A stretch of 64,000 nt of DNA from Octopus sinensis (Eukaryota), in the NCBI RefSeq assembly GCF_006345805.1, contig NC_043000.1, positions 35,588,001-35,652,000 on the forward strand, read 5' to 3'. The notes below the pieces were generated by a model. That model did no database searches, had not been told where the DNA came from, and was given only the letters and a program-made list of their open reading frames with translations. Each line of letters starts with the position of its first letter. Within the stretch, counting starts at the first letter, position 1. Below, piece after piece: positions 22,390-34,200 of the stretch. Position numbers and translations under genes: made by a program.

Positions 22390-22990
22390 AGTTTTTCTCC
22401 CAAGATGCTTACACTCTGTCGAAAATGCACACTGACATTGCACATGTAGCAAAGCATTCTAGCTTCATTTCTTTCAAGTCTTTACATGTCCTCTGCAGTC
22501 ACAACCCATGTTTCACAGTTATATAGCATAGCTATTTGCTCACAGACATCATACAATCTGCCTTTCACTCTGACAGAAGCTCTTCTTTGTTACCAACAAA
22601 GGTAAAAGCTCTCTGAACTCTGCCCAGTCCATTCTTATTCTAGCAGCTATGCTCTCAGAACATCCACCTCCACTGTTGACTTGGTCACCTAGGTTACGGA
22701 ACCTATCTACTACCTCTAAGTATCACTGATGGCATTTGGTGAAGTTTATTTTCTGTACATTTCTAGTGTTTATTGTACCTATACATCTGTCACACACTAA
22801 GACTGCTTTCTTTGCTAACCTTCCTCTGATATTGCTGCACCTCTTATGTGTCCATAGCTTGCACTGGGTACACCTTAGGGAGTTTCTACCTACATATTTA
22901 TTGAGCAGGGCCATCTCCTTTAAGGGATTTGTGATTCGTCTGTTTTTCTACTTACAAAGACTTTGGTTTTTGCTAAATTAACTCTTAGGC
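22390..22990 (-). mobile_element. RTE LINE internal fragment (same family as 14050-15215)
   Basis: VGRNSLRCTQCKLWTHKRCS...CDRC Cys-rich segment, then EVVDRFRNLGDQV...AARIRMDWAEFRELLPL. Confidence 0.8.
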
Positions 22991-23039
22991 CCTTTGATTG
23001 TAGGCCTTACTTCCACATCTGATACATATTTATATTTAG

Positions 23040-23375
23040 GGTAAAGACCCCCTTTGGTCATGAATGACCATAGGATTGCACCTAGAAAGTTACCCTCTGA
23101 GACTCAAGTCCAGGCAAGGCTGTTTGTGGAAGACCAGTAGTTGCCCATGCATACCAGCTTCCTCTCTCCATGCCACCAATGTTATCCAAGGGAAAGGCAA
23201 TGGCCAATACAGCTTGGCACCAGTGGCATCACAACTCATTTCTACAGCTGAATGAAATGGAGCCACATGAAATAAAGTGTCTTGCTCAAGAACACAACAG
23301 ACAGCCTGGTCTGTGTATCGAATGCACTACTTCATGATAGTGAGCCCGATGCACTAATCACTGTGCCATGTGCCA
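23040..23375 (-). mobile_element. tRNA-derived SINE family F (second copy 40660-40990 minus; tail fragment ~30800-30960)
   Basis: aagaccccctttggtcatgaatgaccat...aaataaagtgtcttgctcaagaacac...ctaatcactgtgccatg. Shares the ttcttgagcaa core with families E and G. Confidence 0.75.
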
Positions 23376-24036
23376 TGCCAGTGACACGTAAAAAGCACCA
23401 TCCAGTCATGGTCAATGCCAACCCCCTCTAGCCCCTGTGCTGGTGGCACGTGAAAAGCACCCATTACACTCTCGGAATTGTTGGTGTTAGGAAGGGCATC
23501 CAGCTGTAGAAACTTTGTCAGATCAGACTGGAGCCTGGTGCAGCCTCCTGGCTTCCCAGACCCTGGTCAAACTGTCTAACCCATGTCAGCATGGAAAGTG
23601 GACGTTAAATGATGATGATAATGATGATGATGATAAATTGTACTTGTATGGTTATGTGATATGTATGGTTGAAGATATCTGCCTAAAGATATCTGAATGT
23701 GGAGGAAACCTGTGGAAGAGGAAGACCCAGGGAGATGTGGGACAAAGTGCTGAGAAATGATCTTCAGACGTTGAGCCTCAGAGAGGAGATGACAAAGGTC
23801 TGCAGCTTTTAGCGATTTGCTGGGCTTGAGAAGACCCATCGAGTTAAAATCCAGGACATAAAAGCATGTCTTTTATATCCAGGCCTGCACCACCACCAAA
23901 ACTCATCTCTCTCCTCAATACCTTCACCCCTTCCCCACCCATGCTCACCACCGCTTTATTCCCTCCCCCCTCCATTCTCCCTCACATACTTACCTGCACA
24001 CAGCCATGTTCTTGTTGAATCCCTTACAATATATAT

Positions 24037-24445
24037 AGGTGTAGGAGTGGCTGTCTGGTAAGTTGCTTGCTTACGAGCCACATGGTTCCAGGTTCAGAAC
24101 CACTGCGTGGCACCTTGGGCAAGTGCCTCCTACTATAGCCTCAGGCTGACCAAAGCCTTGTGAGTGGATTTGGTAGACGGAAACTGAAAGAAGCCTGTCA
24201 TATATATGTATATATATATGTGTATGTGTGTGTATATGTTTGCTTGTCTGTGTTTGTCCGCCCCAACATCGCTTGACAACCGATGCTAGTGTGTTTACGT
24301 CCCCGTAACTTAGCGGTTTGGCAAAAGAGACCAATAGAATAAGTACTAGGCTTACAATGAATAAGTCCTAGGATCGATTTGCTCGAATAAAGGCGGTGCT
24401 CCAGCATGGCCGCAGTCAAATGACTGAAACAAGTAAAAGAGTAAA
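24037..24445 (+). mobile_element. Full-length SINE family B (OR2-like CORE SINE); other copies ~15447-15600, 15714-15880, 41505-41810, 41830-42250, 43260-43570(-), 49690-49925, 56590-57180, 58360-58640(-)
   Basis: ggtgtaggagtggctgtctggtaag head, B-box-like ggttcagaacc, CORE-like caccttgggcaagtg, internal (TA)/(TG) tract, tail gcagtcaaatgactgaaacaagtaaaagag. Confidence 0.85.
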
Positions 24446-25299
24446 GATTAAAAGAGATATACACCTAATACCCCTTCCCTCTACCTGTGCCCATTAGCTC
24501 AGCCCTCCACCAGCTCCCTCTCACCCTCTCCATTCCTTGGTCCACTTCCTTATATACACCTTCCTGTAAGTTGGGTGTATGGCGCTCTTCCTCTTCCCAT
24601 CACACCTTCACCGTCTTCTCTCTCTCCTCCACTAGAAGTAGCCATGTTTCTCTTCTAATGCTAGACACCATTTCTGTCTCTCAGTACTCCTTTCCTCCTC
24701 GGTTGAGGGGTCGTATCATGTAAGTTACACGGTAACCTCACAGCAGCGGAGGCTTCACTAACCCCCCTCCACACACACCTATGAAATGGTTGGTGTCAGG
24801 GAAGGCATCCAGCTGTAGAAACAACGTCAGAGCAGACTGCAGAGCTTGGTAATAAATTTATTGCTAGTTCTCGTCAAACCATCCAACCCATGCCAGCATA
24901 GAAAACGGTCGTTAAATATGATGATGATGATGATCTCTCTCTCTCTCTCTCTCTCTTATATATATATAAATATATTGTATTTCGAGACGGTCATTTTTTC
25001 CCCCAAATAAACACACGCATTATATGTTCGTTCTTCATTCATTTATTACTGTTCTCATTCTAACTCATGTCCATTGTCCGGAAATCTTTCGTCACCCATC
25101 TGTGACCTTCTCAGCAACACTTTCCCTCTCCGTCTGTGCTCTTGCTCAGCTTATTCCATTCTGTTCTTCTCTGAGTGTGGACAGACGAAAGAAAGAGGCA
25201 CTCAACACATTTTAGTAGAAGTTACATATATTATTATTATTATCTAAAACAGTTTGATTCAGGCTGGTCGAGTGCACACGTGTGTGTGTAACAGGAAAG

Positions 25300-25693
25300 C
25301 TTTATATATAAAAGTGAAGTTGCGTGTCTGTCTCCTACGATTTAGATTCCTAACTACTCCCACATTTTGCGGTGCAGTGTAAACCAAAAGCGGGTATCTT
25401 ATAGTCGTGATTCATATCGAGCCCTTCTGGGTATTAGCGCGCGTCTACGATGAGTCTACGATTTAAAAAAAAATTTACCATCATTTTTTCCCATTTCTAA
25501 TGCATTTTTTTTGCTATTATATAAGGGAAGTAACTCTCTAAAAAATGTATTATTAAATCTCAGAACGTAAAAAGCTACAATACCCCCCCTTGTGGTTAGC
25601 CATATTGAGATGGCTATTATACTTTACATCTCTAAAAATGCTTATATAGTTATTTCCCTTACAAACCCGAGCAACGCCGGGCAATACTGCTAG
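25300..25693 (+). mobile_element. Non-autonomous Helitron
   Basis: 5' tatatataaaagtg start. 3' GC hairpin cccgagcaacgccggg (25666-25681) followed 8 nt later by CTAG|T (25690-25694). No TSD. Confidence 0.75.
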
Positions 25694-25949
25694 TAATAAA
25701 TAATAATAATGAAATTATTGTATAGTGCTCAGGTGCACCACAACTTGTCAAAAGTGCGTATAAAGAATATGCTGTAATGGAAAGAGAACAGTGTAGGAGT
25801 CAGATACATGCTTGCGTGTGTATGGAGGGGAGAAAATCAGGTGTAGTGTTGGCGAATGTCAGGAAGCATGGAAGTTTTAAAATGAAAGCAATTTTTTTAA
25901 AAAAGGGAAAAATCTCAAAAAGTTTTCGATATGTGATGATAACCACGAC

Positions 25950-26100
25950 GACGATGACGACGATAATTGTGAGGATGGTGTCGGGGGGAGAAGGAGGAGG
26001 AGGTGGCAGCGGCGTGAAAATCCAGTTTCCATTGATCAGAGTTGCGTTCCTTGGCCAGAGCGACGCAGCCTCGTTCTGAGTTTTGTAGTCATCAACTAAC
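25950..26100 (+). promoter_or_regulatory. BRK1: BRK1 5' UTR / proximal promoter, CpG-retaining region
   Basis: CpG-rich non-repetitive sequence directly upstream of the ATG. CpG richness continues into the start of intron 1. TSS not determinable. Confidence 0.5.
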
Positions 26101-26221
26101 ATGGCGTCTACTCAGCAAATGGCTCCGCCGAGATCGATCCAACAGGATTGGAATAACCGGGAATATATCGAAGTTATTACCTGCAGCATTAAGAAGATCA
26201 CCGACTTTCTCAATACATTTG
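26101..26221 (+). CDS. BRK1: BRICK1/HSPC300 (WAVE regulatory complex subunit), coding exon 1
   Basis: aacATGG start. Translates [40 protein letters not shown]+G, matching the BRK1 motif QDWxNREYIExITxSIKKIxDFLNxF. Phase-1 donor G|gtacgt at 26222. Confidence 0.97.
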
Positions 26222-29139
26222 GTACGTCACTCCCTGCTACACGTTTTCTTTATCCTTTATATCCGTTATATCCCCTCATTAAATGGTGGTTGCTGCCTCC
26301 TCCATCCTCCCTTTCGCCTCTTCTCCAAATTCTTCACCAATTCTTTTGTTATTTCTCTCTTTCATATATTTACATTCTTTTGAGGGGTTTTTCCATTAAA
26401 TAGCTTGCACATTGAACTTGCTATTTCTTATCGTTCGTAATTCATAATTTGTTTTCGAATCGTTTTCGTTTTTGTGTCACAAAGCAGGATCTCAATTGAC
26501 AAGACACGAAACAATCAACGTTTCGATTACTCGAAATCGAGACGTCGTGATGTTCATGCCTTTCCCGAAATAAGCACGAACAAATTGATAGAAGTGGAAT
26601 GGTTTCAACTAAAACATAATCGAAGTTGATAAAATGTGGTTGTAAAGAATTAGTCGAGGATGATGGAGGATAAGGAGAGAAAAAAATCGAAACATTTTTG
26701 CCTTGGTGGTGTTTAATGCGTGTCGGGGGGAAAGCCATGAAGGCCACAGCTTCCTCTTAGAGAAGAAAAACATCAAACTGTGTGTGTGTGGAATGTTATA
26801 TATTTAGATGGAGATTGTGTAATTGGGGGATCAGAAAGTTGATTTGGAGCTTAATATAAAGCAAGGAAGACGGGGAAACAATGAAATAAATAAACATGAG
26901 TTAATTATTTATAAAATGTAAATGCTTAATTCATGCCATTAATTCTCTGTTTCTATTTAAATATATTTATATATTTGTAAAGCGGAATATTTATGTCATG
27001 TAGTTTCAATATTTTATTTCAAAATAGAATTATAGTCTAGCAACATATTCTATAATTCATTTTCGTTTCGGGTTAAAAATTTTTATTGGAAATACTGAGA
27101 TTTGCAAATTCTATGAAATAACCAAAATCTAGTTCAGTTAATTAATAAATACTTCTCCCTTTTATAAACTTGTTGCATTTTTATCAAATATATTTGGTAT
27201 GTAACTTTCTTCACTGGTATTTAATTACTTCTCTTTTAATTGTGTTGCTTTTAATTAAGTTTTTATTTAAATATTTAACTCGGAGCAGAGGAGAAATTCT
27301 CAGTTAATTTAGGAAGAAAAATAATTAAATTCTTTAATCATAATCCAGATTTATAGTATTTAGTTGTATTTTTTTATTATTTTATTTTAATAAAACAACT
27401 TTTTACAAATCACTTCGTATTTTGGAGAGAAATTAAAAGTGCCAAATGACTAAACTATTTATAGATTGAATTTTAATGGAATGGTCTGCTTGGAAATATT
27501 CACTTAACCTTATTTTGTAGGCTCTGCAGCATTTTGAAGGAATGTTTGGTTCTATTCCTGTTGTTTCCCCTCAAAATTTACAACGTAGTCGTACTTAAGT
27601 ATTTGTCCATGTTTAATTTACCATTGGAAATTAATTTTCGCATTCAATTTTGTTTTGATGACTCTCACTTTTCTCCCAAAATAAGGGCGTGGTTGTTTAT
27701 CACCTCTCTCTCTCTCTCTCGCTTATGAATTGTTTCCCCTCATCTTTATGTAGATATATCAACCTGGTATGAAATATATAATCAAGACATCGAAATTCTT
27801 ATCAATAATAAACCTGTGATAGTTTGGTAATATCTCACAGCATCCAGGTTCCTGATGTCTGTCCGTGATTGCATGTTATGAATAGTTATCGATGCAGATC
27901 GATGTGTTATCTAAGTACAAGTCGACCGTCAAAAAGATGTCAACTCAGGAATTCTGTATTCCTCGTTGTCAAATTTCGATTCATTAACTACCAATTATGC
28001 TAGTTCTTCTTCAACTAAACTTATTATTATGTGGTTTTTCTGTGAGAAAATCGTGTCTACGATCTTAGAACACCAAGTCATATGATGAAAAAGAAGAAAG
28101 AGAGAGAGAGAGAGAGAGATCTGTGTTTAGGATACGTTCGCGTCTGTCGTGTCAAAACAAAATATATTTGGAATGTACTCTCAGCATCTCGTGTGTATAA
28201 TTATATCTGTTAGTTTTACAGGTAGTCCTCAGTAGATGAGAGTTTAGAAATACGTATGCTATATATAAATATATAAGAAGCATACTGTGACATATATATA
28301 TATATACATAATCATCATCATCATCAGCTAGACTGCTCGTGTTTAAAACCACTTACTGTAAACTAATTTCAGCCCTGTAGACATCTAAACATTACGTATT
28401 AAATAGCTCATAGCTCCGCCAATCCAACAGAGTATATATATATATATATATACTAAAAACCATCGCTACGCTGCGAGTTCTAGGATTCTGAAGTGACAAA
28501 CTAAAGTTTGATTCGTGACTATCTTTGTATTGTTTCACTGTCATTTTTAAAACCCTTACAGTGGTTGTTGTACTACTACTACTGCTACTACTACTACTGC
28601 TACTACTATTACCTGCGTTAACATTTTAAATTTTGTGTTCTTCATCAGACGATACTGAGTTTAAAAGTATCTATACACAATGAGGCGGGATGGGGAAAGT
28701 GTGTGTGTGTGATGGAATTGAAAGCTTCAAGAGTGATAAGTTTAGATACCAGTGAGAGTAGCAGACTTTGGGAACTAGATCATTGTCTAGTTTACTTCCT
28801 TCAATTTTTTTTTTTATATATATATTGGGAATTTTTAACAAAAAAAAATTAGTCAGCCTCTTTGTCATTAGTTAGATAATGCCTAAATAGATGTTTATGT
28901 TTATATAAATGTCTTTATCTTGCCTCTTGAGCAAGGATTTTTGGCATTTAATATAAATGTTGCCATCCCATTCATTGTCATGTCTTTAACTTCAAAGAAC
29001 CCCCCCCCCACGTCACAGATACAAGCTTCAGTGATTATTCTGCACCACTTAAATTGGTCACTGCTTTAGTTTCATCATCTCTACATCTTCTATTCTATAT
29101 TTTTGGGATGAGGAATTATGTACATTGTTTACATTGGAC

Positions 29140-29340
29140 GGGCATATAGCGTAGTGGATAAGAGCGGCAGGGACTATCAACAGAAAAATAACATCAGTGG
29201 CATATCTTAGGAATGAGAAGAGCATACCCCATTAGTCATATAAAAGGTTGGGTGTGAAATTCCACCAGGACACCTGATGAAGGCTGGAGAGTACATCAGC
29301 CGAAACTTTGTGATAACAACAACCAAGGTGAGGACACCTG
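29140..29340 (+). mobile_element. tRNA-head repeat ending in a hammerhead-like motif (SINE-like; B box missing in this copy)
   Basis: Perfect A box TAGCGTAGTGG (29147-29157). ACAC-CTGATGA-A-GGCTG-N10-CAGCC-GAAAC-TTT-GTGA at 29270-29313. The 3' end is interrupted by an RTE tail at ~29344. Confidence 0.6.
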
Positions 29341-29343
29341 TTT

Positions 29344-29600
29344 CATCATCATCACCATTATTTAACGTCCGTTTTCAATGCTAGCATGGGTTGGACGGTT
29401 CGACCGGGGTCTGGTAAGCCATGGAGGCTGCACCAGGTTCTAGTCTGATTTGGCAGTGTTTCTACAGCTGGATGTCCTTCCTAACGCCAACCACTCCATA
29501 AGTGTAGTGGGTGTTTTTTACGTGCCACCGGCTCAGGGGCCAGAGCAGGCTGGCAAACAGCCACGATCGGTCGGTGCTTTTACGTGTCACCGACATGGAC
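29344..29600 (-). mobile_element. RTE LINE 3' UTR fragment (further short copies ~1-120, 23375-23635, 24780-24935, 30672-30790, 42520-42680, 44480-44680, 45620-45820, 52575-52830, 56755-56925)
   Basis: catcatcatc...tttaacgtccgtttt..atgctagcatgggttggacgg...ggatgtccttcctaacgccaacc signature. Confidence 0.85.
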
Positions 29601-31981
29601 GCCAGTCAGGCGTAAATAATTTCTACATCTCTCCGGAACTATCTTTGGTAGAAGTGGAACTGTCATTCAAAACACTCTGGTTACATAACTAATCCAAGAC
29701 AGTCGGAACCTTACATGTGCCAAAGTGACTTCTAACAAAGCTGACCAGTTTGCTCAGTTCTTGTGAGGTTCTTCCTTCTCCAGTTAAACAATGTCTAACA
29801 ATTCCAAAACTAACTTGCCACACCTTGCTTTTCCTTTTTTGAGTTTGCATCATTATAATCGTTGTTTTAATGTACAGTTTTCTATGCTTGCATGGGTCAG
29901 ACAGTTCATTAAGGCAGATATTCTATGGCTGGATGCTCTTCCTCATGGCCAGACATGTTTATGCAGAATATTGGAAATGAATGACACTGCTTGTATGATG
30001 GTGACACTCATTCACAACTATCATCTGTAGTGAAAACAAAGAAACCCAAATATATGTGCTCATACACAAATATGTGCGTGCTTATATGCAAATAGGATGA
30101 GCTTCTTTCAGTTTCCATCTATGAAATCCACTCACAAGGCTTTAGTTGAAGGGCTGTAAAAGACTTTAGTCTAAGGAGTCACACAGTGAGATTGAACCTA
30201 AAAGCATGTGGTTGGGAAGTAAAGTTTTCGACCAAACAGCTGTGCCTAAGCCATGAGTGTTTAAAAGTGCTCTGAGCATCATCTCTCCTACCTCAAGCTG
30301 ATGAAATAAAAAGAAATTCAATATTTTGAACAATGGCAGTCCCAATTTCAGTCTGCATAGACCACCAGAAGTAATTATTCTTTTAATATGTTTTAAAAAT
30401 TCTACTATAAAACAATATAACAACCGTTTAAAAACAACGTTAGAATTTTCGTTATTATTATACAACAATAAATTTGGAATGTTTATTGTTACATATCTAA
30501 CTCATCATATTTCCTTCAAGTCCAACAAAATCTCATTATTATTTCAAATATGTCTATTACAGGCAGTTCCTGGTGCCCACATAAAATCAAATCATTTAAA
30601 AAATGCAGTGTGCTATGGAGGATATGAATAGAAATGATTCTTAATATAAAGTTCTGCAGTCAGTGACACAGCATCATCATCATTGTCATTTAACATCTGC
30701 TTTCCATGCTGGCATGGGTTGGACGGTTTAACTGGGGACTGGCGAGCCAGAAGGCTGCACCAGGCTCCAATCTGATTTGGCAAAGTTTCTACAGCTTGAT
30801 GCCCTGCTGTATCGGCCCCTTTGCCTTTCCCTTGGATAACATCAGTGGCATGGAGAAGGGAGGCTGGCATGCATGGGCAACTGCTGGTCTTCCATAAAAC
30901 AATCTTGCCTGGACTTGTGCCTCGGAGGGAAACTTTCTAGGTGCAATCCCATGGTCATTTTTGGAAGTAGAAATGATACAGTCACAGATACAGACAATGA
31001 AGAATTCCATTCTGTTGCTTATTAACTCTGTTCTCTCTTATGATATCAGCTTCTCTCTCTTGATCACTCGCTGCCTTGTTTTTAAACAGTATTTCCCAAG
31101 CTGGAGCGTAGCAGTATTAGCAATATTTTGGTGAGACATGGCTTATTTCAGAATGAAGTCTAAGTAACTAGGAAATAAAACTTTTAATGATGGCTGTTCA
31201 GTTACAATCACCTGGTTCAAGCTTCAGTCCTATTGCACATCTGTACTGTATTACACCATCGTACTGTGAGTAAATTTGGTACATGGAAACTGTGTGGAAA
31301 CCTGTCACATGTGTATGTGTGTTTGTCCTGCACTACTGCTTGACAACCTGTGTTAGTCTGTTTATGTCCCTGCAAGCTAGCACTTCAGCACAAGACACTG
31401 ATGGAATAGGTACTAGATTTGACAATAAGTACTGGGTTTGATTTGTTTGAGCAAAACCCTTCAAGGTGATGCTCCTTCTTGGCCATCGTCTGATGACTGA
31501 AAAGGTAAAAATGAAATATATATGTGCATGGGTGTGTAAATCTTGTAAACTTTCTGTTTTTGGTGGGCCACAAATTGTTTTTAAAAATAAGTGTTTGCAT
31601 GGAAGGAAAACGGTTGACAAAAACAGTTTTAGAGTCTGCTTCTTCTTCTCTTTTGATTTCTGTTTCGTGGGTATATTCATTGTACACAAGAAACATATTT
31701 GTGTGATAGGAGTCAGGTGGTAACTTGTAACAGAGGTACAAGTGGACAATGGTAAGAGTGAGTGATGGCTGTCATTAACAAGTGGCTTGGTAGAGAAGGA
31801 GTGGTGACTAGCAGAACCAAAAATAGAGAAGAGGCTAAATGATGGGGAGATAAATGGAAGAGGGATGAGTGAGTGGTGGAGATAAGGAGGTATCAAACAC
31901 GAGGGGTCAGACATGTTTCTCATGGAAGAAGGAAATGAGCAACCAACTTACAACTATTACACACTATCAGGACAATAATAA

Positions 31982-32013
<32 letters not shown>

Positions 32014-32176
32014 TCTTTTATTTGTTTCAGTCATTTGACTGCAGCCATGCTGGAGCACTGCCTTTAGTCAAACAAATCGCCCCCCCCCCCCAGGACTATT
32101 GTTTGTAAGCCTAGTACTTATTCTATTTGTATGTGTGTGTCAAGCGATGGCCGGGAGACAAACACACAAATATATA

Positions 32177-32214
<38 letters not shown>

Positions 32215-32889
32215 TGTGTATATAAAGGAGAAAGGGTGGTTGTGTAGTTGAAAAAGCTGGGTTCTCAACTATGTGGTTGCAGGTTCAGTCCCACTGTGTG
32301 CTGCCTTCGACAAGTGTCTTCTACAAGTGTGCTGAACTGACCAAAGCCCTTGTGAGTGGATTAAGTGTTTGGAAACTGGAAGGAGCCTTTTGTGTGTATA
32401 TGCCTTGACAGCTCTTGATGATTGCAACTCATTTCCAGAAGGTGGCAAGCTGGCAGAATCATTAGAACACTTGACAAAATGCTTAACAGCATTTTGTGTT
32501 TTTACATTCAGAGTTCAAATTCCACCAAGGTCAGTTTTACCTTTCATCTTTGAAGGGTTGGTAAAATAAGTACCAGTTACACACTGGGGTTGATGTAATT
32601 GACTAACCCCTTCTCCTGAAATTGCTGGCCTTGTGCCAAAATTTGAGACCAAAATTGTCTTCTGTGCAAACCATATCTGGCCATGGAGAAATATTGACTT
32701 AGCTGGAGACAAGTAAGAGTTGGCAACAGAAAGCAGGGCATCAAGCTGTAGAAAATCTACCTCAGCAAAATTTCGTCTGACCAGGCAAGCATGGTGTGCT
32801 GTGTGTGGTCCCTAGCTTTGCCAGTTCTTGTCATTCTGTCCAACACATGTCAACATGGAAAATGTTAAATGATGATGATGATATATCCA

Positions 32890-34200
32890 TCCATCTTCCT
32901 GTGTGGGTTGTGGGGATTGTGTCCTCGGGCACTTCCTCAAAAGGGTCCTATCAGAAGCAACCATTGTTACTCTTTCCGTCTGGATTGTTAAGTGTAGTCA
33001 ACTGAGGCTATGGATATTATCCAGCTGTTTCATTCTTGCTCTGCCCCTAGCTTCTTGCCAGTTGGCTTGGCCTGAAGAATCTCTCTTGGGATTTTTTCCC
33101 CTGTGGCATTCTAATCAATTGTCCAGTGTATCAGAGCTGTGACCTCTCAATGCTGAGAAGTAGGGGCTTCATCTCAAGTGACTGCCTGGTCTTTGAGCTA
33201 CACACCCTGTTAAGTAATATTGCTCCTGAGATCCTTTGGAGGAATCTCATTTAGGTCACTTATATTTACAATTGTACTCTTTTGGGCCTTACATAGCATT
33301 CATAACCATGGTTGAGGATAAGCATGGAAGTTCAATTGAAGATAGCAAATTTATCTTTTTCATCAATCCCTCCTCACTGCTTCTGGGTGATCACCTCTTG
33401 TCTGCAAATATCAGCCAAGGGATCCTACACTCACTGATTATGATGCCACTTCCACAATGGCTGCACATGTCAATCCAGTTCATAAAAATTATGAAAAAGG
33501 AGAGGTGACAGTATGTACCCATGCCAAAGTTTCAAATATCCATTAATCCCAAACTGGGAAACCTACCATACAGTGAAGCACATCTGGTCAGTTGTGCTGT
33601 GTCCAGGATGGAGGCCACACTGTTCTTCAGCAAGCTTCGTCTCTCAATTTCCCTACATCTCTTCTCCAGACATCTTGCATAGAATTTACCAAGGAAGCTT
33701 AACAAGGAGATTCCGCTATAATTAGAGCCCTCTCTCTCGTGTCTTCCCTTTTTAAAACTTGGGATTATCATCCTTCACTTCATTCTCTTCAATAGCATTG
33801 CCACATTTGAGCACTTTAATCACTTTTATGACTTTAGCCCCTCTGTAAGGTTAATCTCCCCTCGTTTCACCTCATGTCTGCCAGGAGATTTTATTGTGAC
33901 TGGATTTAGGAGATAAGCTAAGTATTCTCTCCACCTTTCAAGGGTGCTCTCCTCTGTAGAGTGATGAACCCTACCAGAGTTCTTAATGGCAGGTGTAGAA
34001 GAGAGTTTCTTGTTATGAGGTCAGTGGATGGTCTACCAAATTACTTTATTGGTCAATCTAAAGTCAATCCAGCTTGACTCCAGAGCCCTCTCATCACTTA
34101 GCCTTGGATATTTTTACTGTCTCTGCTGCAAATATTTGCACCTTAATGTAGCAAATGAGCAGAAGGGGAGACTTGTTTCCAGGACAAGCTTTGTAGCCTC
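32890..34200 (-). mobile_element. Degenerate RTE (Expander/REX3-like) LINE
   Basis: IIPSFKKG...SNYSGISLLSFLGKFYARCLEKRCREI (RT domain 0/1), plus the C-terminal LLSIERSQL..GQLIRMP...GRAR motif and an NKVIWxTI linker. Confidence 0.75.

Noticed and set aside
26222-26403. Continuation of the 100-aa ORF 26101-26403 beyond codon 40
   Set aside because: BRK1 similarity stops at the G|gtacgt donor. The remainder is intron read-through.
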